From Polymyxa betae A26-41 (lineage: Eukaryota; Protista; Endomyxa: Phytomyxea): DNA of 43,024 nucleotides. Made by a program: the position numbers and the translations under genes. The stretch is from the NCBI GenBank assembly GCA_003693705.1, contig RBZT01000414.1:1-43024 (forward strand), in the 5' to 3' direction. Positions 12,265 through 24,127 of this stretch are shown one piece after another. The notes under the pieces are model-generated. The model was not told where the DNA came from. It saw only the letters and a list, made by a program, of their open reading frames with translations, and did no database searches. The stretch's first letter is position 1. Each line of letters starts with the position of its first letter.

Positions 12265-13800
12265 TCATTTCATTATGATCATGAAAGCAATTCCGATTAG
12301 GACAGGGACAGCTGTTAGTAATGCAAATAGGACCTGGACCATCGGTTTAGTGACGGGAGGCTTCACCGAATTCTGATCAACGGGAGCCTGCTCTCGAGCA
12401 GACGAGTTCGATGAGAACTTCTCTACACAATTATCCAAAGACTGCAGCGAATTTTCTAGGCCGATATATTCCTAATGCGCAGTCAGAATTCAACCATGAA
12501 TAATGACAATGTGCCCAACTTGTATACGGTCGTTGACCTCTTCAAGGCTCTCATCAGGGAAGACATAATCGCATAGATAGAACTGTGAATCTGGATCAAG
12601 AAACATTATTCGTTTCGGTAACTGGCAAGTCGCATTCCTATCAATTCAATGAGAAATAGAATCTTGCAAGAGCACCGCTACGTACACAGCAGGATTCACT
12701 TTGTCAACATTGAAGTCTTGAAACAGTCTCCATCGATAAACCGAGCTGATGATCTAGTATGACTTCATCGGACAGCAGATACAACTCGATAGGCGTACTT
12801 TTGAATTAGATCAGCCTGAAGGGCATCAGCAGCATCGGCAAGACTCGCCTGAGGAAGAGCATAAGCGATGCCGGTGAAGGTGCCTTCAAAGCGGCCGATC
12901 GTTGCCAATTCCGTTCGGGTTTGCAATGTTGGCAGCAGGAAATCAATCTGGTGCTGTGAGGACTGAAGTTTAGCCAATGGTACCGAATTCGTCTTCGTTA
13001 TAGTAACGTCCTGTAGGTCGATTAACATTCATGTAATGCTAATATATCAATCCACAAACTGAAGATGAATCTTTCAAAACTGGAACAGATTTTTGCAAAA
13101 ATGAAGCCAGACTGCCTTCGAAGTCGGGTGTATTCAATGATGTTAAAGGTAAAGAAACTGAAATCTGGGTGCGGAAACAATGAAGACACTCAGTCAGTTT
13201 CGATTGTGGTTTAACAGTGATATTAATCTTCGATGTTCGACTATGCCGACGACATCTGTAAAGCAAGAATTAGTAGATGGATGATAAAGGGGAATCTGTG
13301 AACTTTCAGAATCGGCTCCATAGAAGCTGGATATCAATGCCTGGAAGTATAAACAGAACGATGAGGACTCCAAACATTACGGTGAGGAAAGAGAAGTCCA
13401 GAGATGAAAACCAGCAGAAACGGCTGTAAATATTGTAGGCGCGTACCTTACTTTGGACTGCTCAACACTGAATTCTAACAGTGAGGTGAACTCAGCTTGA
13501 CCATTGAGTATGCCAATAGGGATGATTCCCCCTGGCAACATTGCAGTTAACTGTTTGATAAATGTAGAGACCCACTTTACAGACATCGGCCCGGATGGAA
13601 CACGAATCTGTTCGCGAGAATTAAATCATATCGGATGCCGCTCGAATGGAGTATACACTAGCAACGACATGGGCGCTGGTGTTATTGATCAGCCCAATCA
13701 AGGCATAAGGCGATTGAGCAATCTGCAACAGTTTCGTTTCTAATTGCGATTCAATGATGACAGTCTTGATGTTCTCTATAGACGGCGACGATGCAGACAT
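12265..13800 (-). CDS. ODR4: ODR-4-like ER membrane protein, multi-exon, C-terminal TM anchor
   Basis: Contains WVSTFIKQLTAMLPGGIIPIG (ODR-4 W...Q...MLPGG..G), A.DALQADLI, LPKRIMF...LCDYVFPDE and a hydrophobic C-terminus ending AVPVLIGIAFMIIMK*. Confidence 0.75.
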
Positions 13801-14251
13801 CTTAAACACTCGTTGCAGAACAGCACCAATATACAGTATTCTGAAGCCAGTTCAGAAAGTTATTTTTTAACCGAAGTTGCGTAAAAAGTTGTGCATTTTC
13901 TCTTTCCGTGATTTCATCAAAGCCGCGAAGTCATAATCTATTCAAATCAGTAAACACCTGAGTGGTTTTATCGGGAGTTCTTCTGAGCTGGTCGTCTCTC
14001 AAATTAAAAGTCGATTATGATGCACGAGCAACTTCTAAACAACATCACGCTTTTTCAAGAAACGCCGTTCGCAGCGAAGCTTGAAACAGCTTATCATACA
14101 TAGTCTCAAGTATGGGCGACTCTCAACTACTCAATTTTTGTTCTCATAGCCGTATTAGGTCAAACTTGTAATCTTACGACATTTAATGAACTTGGTATAA
14201 AGCTAAGAGTGGGTTCTCAGGGCCCGATCACGCAATAGAGGGCGAATCGCA

Positions 14252-15461
14252 TCATTGCTTTATTGGATACAGTACAGGCGAAGTCGAATGCGATCGCTGG
14301 ATTTTAGCATCGTCGCCCGACTTCTGAAACGCGTTGAAGATTTGGGAGGTCGTCGGGGCGCTGGTCGGCCCCGCTGACGACATCGACTTGAATCTTGGCA
14401 CCGGACGAAGGTCGCTCAATCCATGAGCGAATCGACACTTGTGCTCATATGGACACGAACCAAATTGCGAATAGGTTCGACAAATAGCAGTCTTGAACAA
14501 TTGCGGATTGCAGACCGATTTCTTCTGGGCGTTCTCGTCACTATGATCAGTCGCAGCTGGAGATAATGTGATCTGGACCGATTTCAAGTCAGAGGCAAAT
14601 GTCGGGATCTGTTGGGTGGATATCGATCGAATCGAAGTTGGGACTGTATGCGCCATACTCTCCTCTGGAGGCAATACGATGGCATCGGTTGCAGCTCGAA
14701 GCTGTTCGACACCATGAGCGAACTGACACTGACTATCATAATCACAACGCCCAATCAGTTGCCATTGACGGCATAGTTCAGTCTTATAAGTTCGTCGATC
14801 TCGAATAAATGTCGATCGACGTGCTACGTGATGTTGCTCTTTGTGATGATTCGTCTCGTTTTTCATCGTTTTTTGTGACTTTTTACGAAGCTGCTGAGGA
14901 CCATGAGCGAATTGGCAGCTGTCTCCGTATGGACAGAACCCAATCGTTGAGAATGTTCGACATAATTCGGTGTGATATAGGCTATTATGAGTCTTGTTAT
15001 CATGCCCATCCTTATGATGCGAAAAACTTGCGAATCGATTCAGAACCGGAGCTTCCTGTCCCGAATTATCGTTATTGTGAAAACTAGCTGAGCGAGCCTT
15101 GACAACTTTAGGAGCAGACAATAGGTCGGATGACGGCTCTGGTGATTGCAACGCCGAGCTTCGACGTAGTTCCTCAAATCCATGGGCAAACGAACAGCTT
15201 GTTCCGTATTCGCAGATCCCGTTCGTCATGAAAGTTCGGCAAAGCGATGTTTTGTATTTTCGAGCATAGACGAGTGCCTTTCGGCCATCCTGTGTTGCCG
15301 CTGCCGTTGCTGCAGGCATGATAGAGTAATGTCACAGGTTTAGACAATGATAGGATTTCTGGCTGACACGCGTCCATGTCATCGGATGGGGCACGCGCTG
15401 GGGGCAGTTTGACCGGTTTTTTGATTCGATCTTGATAGGTAACCACAATAGCAGCTGTCAT
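14252..15461 (-). CDS. CCCH zinc-finger RNA-binding protein (tristetraprolin/ZFP36-like fingers x4). Probable exons 15461-15368, 15309-14252
   Basis: Four C-x8-C-x5-C-x3-H fingers, each led by YKTSL/YHTEL/YKTEL/FKTAI and ending FAHG. A 58-nt GT-AG intron (15310-15367) joins the upstream ATG ORF in frame. Confidence 0.9.
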
Positions 15462-17181
15462 ATCATAAGAGTCGACTGCTTTATCACCGCTACAGATTCT
15501 TTACTGTACATGATCTAGAAACGGGAGATAGAACGCTGGAGTCTGTTTACCTATCCCATCGCTAAACGAGATCGACAGTCATCGAAATGTGGATTATGCA
15601 AGCAGTGAACACCGAGACAGCATAGGCTTGACCAACGGCCGATTGTTGTTGCTTGACAATTTTGATGCGTTGATGACTGATCACGATGACCCGGACATCC
15701 TCTAGCACCATTACTTGAAACAGAAGACGAGATGTGAACCAAACCATACCTGAGTCGGCCAGGAGCTTAGCCTTGCTCTGCCCGGCGCCGAGAAAATCTC
15801 GTTTGAAGTTGCCTGATTCAATCCACTTCGTGATGTGCTCCAAAAACGAACCTTAATTCGCCATCTGTGATCAATAGTAAATTTCAATACGCTCAAACAC
15901 ATTCAATGGAATCGTACCTGCAAGCATCTTAATGACTCCGGTCGTACAGCATCCACCGACACGAGCATGATTGATACGTCCCTAACACGTCGGCGCCAGC
16001 TTCTTCTGAATCAACTTCGGACTCCTAATGTCGATATCTCGACTCCTTTCTTTATATGAACACTTGATAGTGACCTTTGAGACATTTGACGTGGCCTTCT
16101 GTCAGTAACGCAACATCATTCATTAGGCATGTCGATGGGCTCTGCTTGAATAGGGCACCGTTGGTTGAAGCCAGCAGCTTGGCAAAAAATGTAATCGCAT
16201 TGAGATACTTTGAATATAAACTGTGAAGAACAATCGTGATGCTCCAGTCGCCTCGCTATCCGCCACAGTTTGGAATTCGGCTTAGACGACAGCATCGGAA
16301 TGTGGGAATGTTATGCATGATATCCAGAACACGTAGGCTTAAGCTTTCAGATGGCCTTGAACGCAACTGAACGGAGAGATCGTTTATAGATGGCGAGCTA
16401 ACTGATTCTTGCAGGCATGATGAAAATATATGATTGCTCAGTTGAGACTCTAAAATCGTAGAATTTCAGATTGAGAGCAGCTGAGGACTCAATACTTTCC
16501 AACTAAAACTGAATTGTGATAGCGCGGCCGCGAGCTCACGCAAGCAACGATATCAACATGCGATTTTGGTCGACCTGGACATCATCCTACACGTACGCGG
16601 CAGTAACTTGGGTCACAATTGAAGTCGCGAATGCCTTCGTGAACTCGGTGATGGCCAGTAACTCGATCCGCTATAGCTTCCAAGTAGACATATCAAGTAA
16701 GAGGACGAATATCGTTGCTTTTTGCCAAGATCCAATTACCAATAGCGTGAGCACCAACATTATCGAAACTGTCACATAACTATAAATTCACCGCCTTTAT
16801 GAAGCCAGAATCAAACCGGGTCCAACAAGATCCTAGAATCTCTGTCTCATGCATTGGCATCAACTCCATGTCAGAAGGAGAGGCTTGGCTGATTCTCGAA
16901 TACGATTCCTTGCGGTTTAATTTCCATCGAAACGAAAGGCCTTTGATTGATCATCACATGAAAAAACAACGCCGAATGGTCATTGCCTGCAGTCTGCTCA
17001 CTTTTACAATCGCAGAACTCTTCATCGGATCCGATAGGAAGACTCTTGTTGGCTGCTTGGAGCAACATTAAAAGCAAAATAGCCAATGTAACATTACCTT
17101 TCACAATTCTGTGAAGTGAGAAAATATTTCCGGAGAGTTGAAGTTGGCGCGCGATTCGAAGGTCATCCCATTCAGGGAGAA

Positions 17182-20100
17182 ATGACAATCACATACGACG
17201 ACATCGAGATTTCCAAAGAAAACCTGCAGCCTTTACCTCAAGGCCGGCGCGAGTCGTCATTAGCTGCTAGCGGGACAGCTCCCATGGCGCCGCATGCTTC
17301 GCGCCATCCCCAAGCGCAGCAGTTTGAGCGTGAGCTGGTCGACGCCGATCGCAGCTCCGATCCGCTGGAGGTCTGGCTCCGATATATTAAATGGACGGAA
17401 GACGAATTCAGCTCTGGAGGCGACAGGTCCCATATCACGGTATGCTCTTGTTGCTGTACGGTTTTGTAAAGTTTAATTTTTTTAAGAATCCAGTAATATG
17501 AAATTTTGATGTTGATTTGTTCTCTTTTCAAAGTTTGCATCTGCCTGGAGTCGTTTTACAATTATCCTGCATTGTCGGTTAAACCTTCAGAGCAGATATT
17601 ATTAGAGCGCTGCTGCAAAAAATTCGCCGACGATCTTCGATATAAAGATTCACGAAAATATTTAAAAGTTTGGATCAAATGTGAACACCTGAAGTCGCCA
17701 ACCCTTCTACGTTTGATTCCTTATCTGTTTAGTTGCCGACCATTGCAGCGCCGGGGTCGAAGAGCTATTCGAGTTCCTGCGGCTGAAATCGATCGGGCAG
17801 TCGCAAGCCTTGTTTTATCAGGCTTGGGCCTGGGTTCTCGAAAGCAAACGCGATTTCCAAGGCGCCGAAGACGCCCTTGCCGAAGTTATCGCTGTCGAAA
17901 TGTCGCGAATCAAGGCTCACTTTTATTCAGGGAATCAACAAAGGTGCCAAGCCTGCTGCGAAATTAACTTCGGCGCTAGACGCCTGTCGTTCTCGACGTG
18001 CGGCAGCCGCCGATTCTGTCGAGTCGTCTTCCGGAACATCACGAGCCGCGTTGTTGCAGTTGCAGAGGAAAGAGGCGATCTCATCATATCGAATCGGTAC
18101 ACAGCCGAAACCATTGCCGATACAATCGGTGCCAAATCAGAACGCTGCACATATCGATGTCTTTCACGACGAAAATGGCCACGGGAGCAGAAGGGCGATA
18201 GACCCCGCCTGTGTTGTCACAGAATTCAATGAAACTGTTATGAATAAGGAGAATATCGCTCAACCTACGAACTGGGTCGAACCGCTACGCCGACCTCCAT
18301 TGGCACCAACATATCAGGTGAAGCGCTTGTAGATTTTTTGGACCATTCTTTCTCTTTAGATTGCGTTTTAGTTTTGTTTTTATGCCGGTTCATACCTTTG
18401 CCCTAAAGCGATGCTTTTGGGGAAATATCAAAATCAGTTTTTAAATTCGATTTGCTTATTAGAACCGCGCTGGTGCATCGCAAATCAAAGTGTTTGTTGA
18501 TCCTTCTCTTGAGCAAACTGAATCACAACGACATAATAAGGGGGCCAACTTGCGAAATCGTCTCCATGGAGCTCCGGTGTCCGAACGTCTACGCTCGGAT
18601 CCACTGCAGAGAATCCAGCAGTTCCCTCAGTCCCAAAATCAGCCAAGGGACGCAGATGCTGCCGTCGATTATGAGCGCAGCTATGACGCTGAAATGCTGA
18701 AAGACGAATCATGCCCGGATGGATTCAGCTTCGAAGAAATTAGGGCACGACATTACATGGAGAAGCGATTAACTGAAGCGCAGGACGATATGCCCATGAC
18801 TGTCAATTACAGCCAGATTCTTTCTTTGAAAGGTTGTACACGTTTTTTACTCATTCCTTATTTCACAGATAACTTTGTGGAGAATCATACTTGTTTTATG
18901 CACTTTCACTTTAAATTGAACGTTTGCCCTAGAGCCTGTTATCTTACTGTTGGTGTTTACCTTAGCATTTACCTTTTATTTCGGCGTAGGGTTGCTGGAC
19001 TAATGAATGTCTTCAGGACCAGGGCTCGCTACACCGGCTCATGCCCCATTGCAGACGCCCCTTCCTCCTGCAAACCCTCGCCGTCTGCAATTCATGATGA
19101 CACCGGCTGCAAATGTCGTTGACGTCCCTTCCATCGAAACGTTTTTAACTTCCAACAAACCTAATTCTTCAACATCTGCCCCTTCAGTTCCTTTGCTGGT
19201 CCCTCGAAACGCTGTACCACCGCCTTCACCTACTGGTACATTGGCAATAAGTTTATCACTTTGACTTTGTTTTCAATTGTCACTGTTGCCTGGTTTCCAA
19301 TATTTAAGGCTTTTCACTCCGGCTTCTATTAATCGGATTCGCTATTATAGTTACAATGACGGTTGAAACGAGAAAGGCTCTGCAAGAAGTCAGGTATAAG
19401 AATTGTTTGACCGGTCGTGATTATAAACAATACTTTCAGGTCAATGTTCTTGGATGGTACCTCAGAAGAACCCGCAGCCAATGGCGATGCCGGTTTGAAC
19501 GAGAAATGCGAAGCGACGACCGAATTCGAGATCTACCAGGATCCAACTGTAGATTTTCGGGCGAAAGAGAATGCTCCAATCCCAGCACAAACTGATCCCA
19601 CATACGATGGACCAACTACGGATCCGCTAACATGCGATGAGCATCGTCGAATTATCGGCGATTTATCTAAGGTATTTGAAACGTCCTGCCAAATTTATTA
19701 TCGGTTATTTTCTTTAAATTCCCTTTCATTCTGCTAATGGTATTTATTAGACTAAACTTCGCTGCGTGATTGACCATTCGTCTGTCCCTGCTCCCGATGA
19801 AATTCGCGATATCGCCGGAGATCAGACAATAGAGGTAGATGACGCAGACCTGCTTGTGATGGGACAGCTTGCGGAACGCGTCTTCGAAGCTCAAGATATC
19901 TCCAACGACTCATCGTTAGTCCTTAAGATTGTTCGTCCAGCGGATCCATGGGAAGCCGTTCTAAGTCAGCGATTACGAGAACGCATTCCTCAAAAAAGTA
20001 ATTCTCTCTTGATGTTTTTGCCTTTTACTCATGTCTAAGTTTTGTTCTAGCGGAGTCGCTGGTTTTAGCTTCCCGGGCATATCTGTTCGAAGACATTGCA

Positions 20101-20938
20101 TTGGTTGTGAGCCAACTTCGTGACGATATTGGCACGCTGCAGACGCTGATTGACAAACACCAAAAGCAGGGCTCATTATGCCCCGAACCTGTTGCTTTTC
20201 TATACACGCAACAGATTCTCACGATTCTTTATATGTCAGTTCATGGTCACCCATGTTGCCTTGTGTTGATCGGATGGATTAGCCTTTACAATGCCAATGT
20301 CGCTCATTGCCAGATTCAACCAAGGCATCTAATTCTGAGTGCCGAATGCCATATTATCTCTTTGATCGACTTTAGCTCTGCTGTTGACTTCAATGAATAC
20401 TCAGAAGACGCGAGGTTTGCCAGCGAACGTATCCCTTACCCATCCAACTGGAGATATGAAGTAAGGGTGGCGGTTCTCGCGACCTCACTTTTAATCATGT
20501 TTCCAGGTTGATTGTTATGGAGCGGCCTCAACAATTCATCAGTACGTTCATTGTGTTCTTTAGAAGGTCTGCGCTGTCGTTTTAAAAATAAGCGCCTCGT
20601 TTTCTGACTGCATTTATTTGTCTGCTGTATTGTCCTCACCCTATTTTAGGTTACTTTTCGGCATTGATATCGATTTCAGTCAAGGGTATCCACAAGTTAT
20701 GCGAAACGTGCAGACAAACTTGCCAAAGTAAGATAGAAACAGAAAAGTTGTGGATTAGTAACAATTGTGCTACAGCTCATATGCTATGGAAATCTGGATG
20801 TCAGTATTTCGAAGCTTGCTCATAGATCCCCAACCGTCTGCTGAACTACACGATAAAATAGAGAATCACTGGCAAAGTATTGGTACAGATCGTTTAAAAT
20901 ACAGCCTTTGCGACACCAACATCTTAATGAATGAATAA
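17182..20938 (+). CDS. BUB1: MadBub (BUB1/MAD3/BubR1) spindle checkpoint protein with degenerate kinase domain, multi-exon
   Basis: Contains ISKENLQPLPQGR (KEN1), DPLEVWLRYIKW and RYKDSRKYLKVW (TPR), IDVFHDE/VFVD/FEIYQD (ABBA-like), KENIAQPTNW (KEN2), FSFEEIRAR (GLEBS), PSPT.TMTVET.KALQEV.SMF (CD1) and kinase LKIVRPADPWE...LIDFSSAVD. Confidence 0.92.
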
Positions 20939-21187
20939 ATCGTTCTGCCTAGATAAGGTCGTGCGATATACAGAGCAGTTCATATTCTGGTCTTAGTATT
21001 AGTTTGGCAAGAATACGGAGCTAGTTTGGAAGGTGATGTGCTAAACTTACCGTCTTGAAACAGAATTCAGTGAAGACCCAAGTGATTACTTATCAGTTTC
21101 GAGGAGTCATGTATTGCATTCGGTCAATAGTATCACCATGCAGTACGGCAGACACAGCCATCGTTGAAACTTTTGAAACCACTGGAA

Positions 21188-21410
21188 TTACCACCTTGGG
21201 CTTTGCTCTCGGAGGCTTTCAACTGTCCTAATATCGATTGTTTTGATTTTCTTGCAGTTACTTGGACGGGATATTAAAGGAGGAATGGCGGCTTGATATT
21301 GGTCGCCGAGGCGTGAATGCTTCTCTGTCGGTGGCGCCTTCAGCCATCGGTTCTTTTTCGGATCAGCGTCCTGCATTGAGGTGTCAGCCTTTATCACGTC
21401 GGTTGGTCTT
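21188..21410 (-). CDS. Last exon of a small protein with an ELM2-like motif, 5' end unresolved
   Basis: HSRLGDQYQAAIPPL resembles the ELM2 start R(V/I)G..YQA.IP. A plausible CAG acceptor lies near 21410. Confidence 0.45.
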
Positions 21411-22345
21411 CTGGAACAATTCAGGTCTGCGGTAATCCAAGTCGGTCGTAATGGATGCCGCCAATTATCGACCGATAGGAAATGAATGAAATCGCCTAAA
21501 TCGAATTGGACATTCCCCTGACCAGTAAATTGCGACTGTGAGTGTGACCTTCGTTTCTTAGTTTGACTCCTCTTATGAACCTTCTCACTTTAACCTGTTA
21601 GAAGGATTCTTCACAAAATGTGTCAAAACAATCCATGCTTTGGCGTCCGGCTACCGGCTAGCGCTGGTTCAAATTATTATTATCACAACTGAGCGTTGAT
21701 TACCGTTAGGTCAGTTGGGCAAATGACCCCCTGACTTTTGTCCTCGATGCATCTCTTCTACTTTCTCAAGTGTTTTCTATCATATAACTCAAATGGATCT
21801 AGAAGGAAAACTTCAAGCGGTGGCATGTATTCACAGATTTTACTTTCTTATATCTTCATCATAGATTAAGCTAAAGTAGCATGGAGTTAGAGTCTTCGAG
21901 AAAACAATCCGCCCCCTGTTGACCACGATTAAGAAATTACCGGTCGAATCAAATCGAATCCGTTAAAAATAATACGGAATGCCTAGAAGAGGATTTTGTC
22001 ATCTCAGTACGAACTCTTAAACAGATTGAGCTCTGAGATGTCAGATGTTGATCTTCGATAGTCACAGTATCCAGGATTATATCTTCTATTCGGCCATGAA
22101 TAGTGCTCTTTCACTTGGGAACCCGCTATATCATGACAATAAAACCCAAAAGTTCCACCAAGTGACCACCTGCACTGTGGAGTTGAAGGTTCTGTCTCGG
22201 GATTCTAAAATCTGAACTCTGTGCCTCTCAGATACTGTCTATCGCCCATCATTCGTATCCAAAGCCGCTATGCGGAGTCCGTGTCCACTTTGCATTTCGG
22301 CTTTCTACTCCCATTCGGTGGCGTCGCCGCGATCCCCTAGTTGGC

Positions 22346-23219
22346 ATGGTGACCAACGAGTCGCCTGGTGATGGCCTTGATGGCCTCATGGCTCTCTCAT
22401 CGTTATCCATCCCTGCTCCGGTTCGGGTCTCGCCGCCGCCGTTGAAAATTCGCGTTCGCTCATCAGATAATGATCAAGATTGTCGTTTTCAGACCTCGCT
22501 GTTCGGCTATGATATCCGCCTTGTGCACGCTCTGATCGTCTGCATCAACGAACATGTACAATCGAAACAAAAATCGATCAGTATCGACTGGAATGCGATT
22601 TCGGCAGCGCTTAATACGCCCAGGAAACTTACAGCCAGCGAATGTCAAAGATTATGGAGGTTCGTTGATTAACAGTTTCATTCTTTACAAAGTGGTTTAT
22701 CTCAGTTTTTGATGAATTCTCCTGTTGTTTGTTAGCGCCTTTCCTGACGTTAGTCTCTGCGTTAGGTATTGTGCCTATCACATGGATGAATTTGGTAGAA
22801 GCGATGAAGACAAGATGAAATTGGATGCGTCATCGCTGGCCGATGACGACAGCGATATTGACCTGCCAACGGCGCGATCCCCCTTTCAATTCCCTGCTAT
22901 AACCGATGATAATTATTCGAATTCGAATGACCATCCAAAACGGAAATGGACGAACGCCACCGATATTAAGCTACTTCAAGCCATCTTTGAACTTGGGGAA
23001 GGAGATTGGGAAAAAATTCGATCAGTTTCCGGAATAAGTCGTGATGCAAAATCGCTCGAAGACCGATGGCGTGTTATGCAACGTTCTGTCGAAGCTGGCC
23101 GATACAAGAATGAAAGAGTGGTGGCGCTTGTTCAAGCCATCGTCGGCCGAAATCAGCCGCCGCCACAGGACGTTCAAACCGCTGCCGATGCCATTGCGTC
23201 TTTGATGACCATGGTGTAA
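22346..23219 (+). CDS. Myb/SANT-domain protein (DRMY1-like architecture). Exons 22346-22659, 22766-23219
   Basis: IDWNAIS...ECQRLWR|YCAY...DDDSDID followed by the Myb repeat KRKWTNATDIKLLQAIFELGEGDWEKI...RDAKSLEDRW. GT-AG intron at 22660-22765. Confidence 0.8.
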
Positions 23220-23509
23220 CCAATCATATTTATTTATTGCTGCAGAATTTTGTTGAAAGAATTTCTCTCCGATTTCTTCGAGGAATTTTGTTAGCGGGTA
23301 TGCTGAGCGTTGTACGGCGACCATACATCACCAACATCATCTGTAGCAGAAAACTATTCTTATAAATATAAAATAAACCAGGTCTAATATCCAGTGCAAT
23401 TCATGTGACCTTTATCCATGGGTCTCTCTAAACCTATCACTCGAATTTAGAATCGCATTCTTTCCAACAGCAACTTGTTAGTATGGGTTGCATTGTTAAA
23501 CAGAAATAT

Positions 23510-23592
23510 CCCCTGTTAGCTCAGCTGGAAGAGCGGGGCACTGTAGTGGTACTGTAATGCTCAGGTCATCCGTTCGATCCGGGTACAGGGGA
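23510..23592 (+). tRNA. tRNA-Tyr(GTA) with 10-nt intron (23547-23556)
   Basis: Acceptor stem CCCCTGT/ACAGGGG plus discriminator A (C1-G72, A73 Tyr identity). D-arm GCTC/GAGC, anticodon stem GGGCA/TGCTC with GTA at 23543-23545, T-loop TTCGATC, and a downstream T-run terminator. Confidence 0.93.
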
Positions 23593-23738
23593 TTCATTTT
23601 TGTGCAAGAATTCAAATCCGTGTTTCTGTCAAAGCCCTTTATTGCTTCCAATCAATCGCCCCAAAAGCCAGAAGGAATATCTTCAAAGAGGTTTATATAA
23701 AAGTATATATTTTTTTATAAATTTTATTTCATTAGATT

Positions 23739-23824
23739 TGGTGCATATATAAAAATTATTTGAACCGTTTTGACAGAACCTGGTGCATATATAAAAATTA
23801 TTTGAACCGTTTTGACAGAACCTG
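23739..23824. repeat. Perfect 42-bp tandem duplication
   Basis: TGGTGCATATATAAAAATTATTTGAACCGTTTTGACAGAACC at 23739-23780 and 23781-23822, followed by TG. Confidence 0.95.
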
Positions 23825-24127
23825 TTACATTCTTCAGAAGGCAATGGTCATGTGCAGAGCATCGCTTTAGTACATTGTGGTGCTCTCTACCTCAGATGAA
23901 TGGGCTGCCAAAAATCTAATCTCTTTTATCGGAGTTTCTACGAAACAGATAGTTGCTGACTTGTTTGGGCTCCATACGTTAGCGGCTAAGCCGATCAAGT
24001 GCCCTTCAGCTGGCCTCACATTCCCTCATGTCTGCCCTGGTGCGATCGTGGAGGAATTTTAAAGTACGTTCAAACCCGTAATTGCTGGTCATTTGCCAAT
24101 TTTCTATAGAGATTTTCTCACTTGAGA

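Noticed and set aside
15174-15461. Overlapping upstream ORF on the CCCH gene
   Set aside because: Better explained as exon 1 joined in frame by a 58-nt GT-AG intron.
15500-16760. In-frame TAG/TAA suggesting a reassigned genetic code
   Set aside because: Conserved genes in the window terminate normally at TAA, TAG and TGA and have no internal stops.
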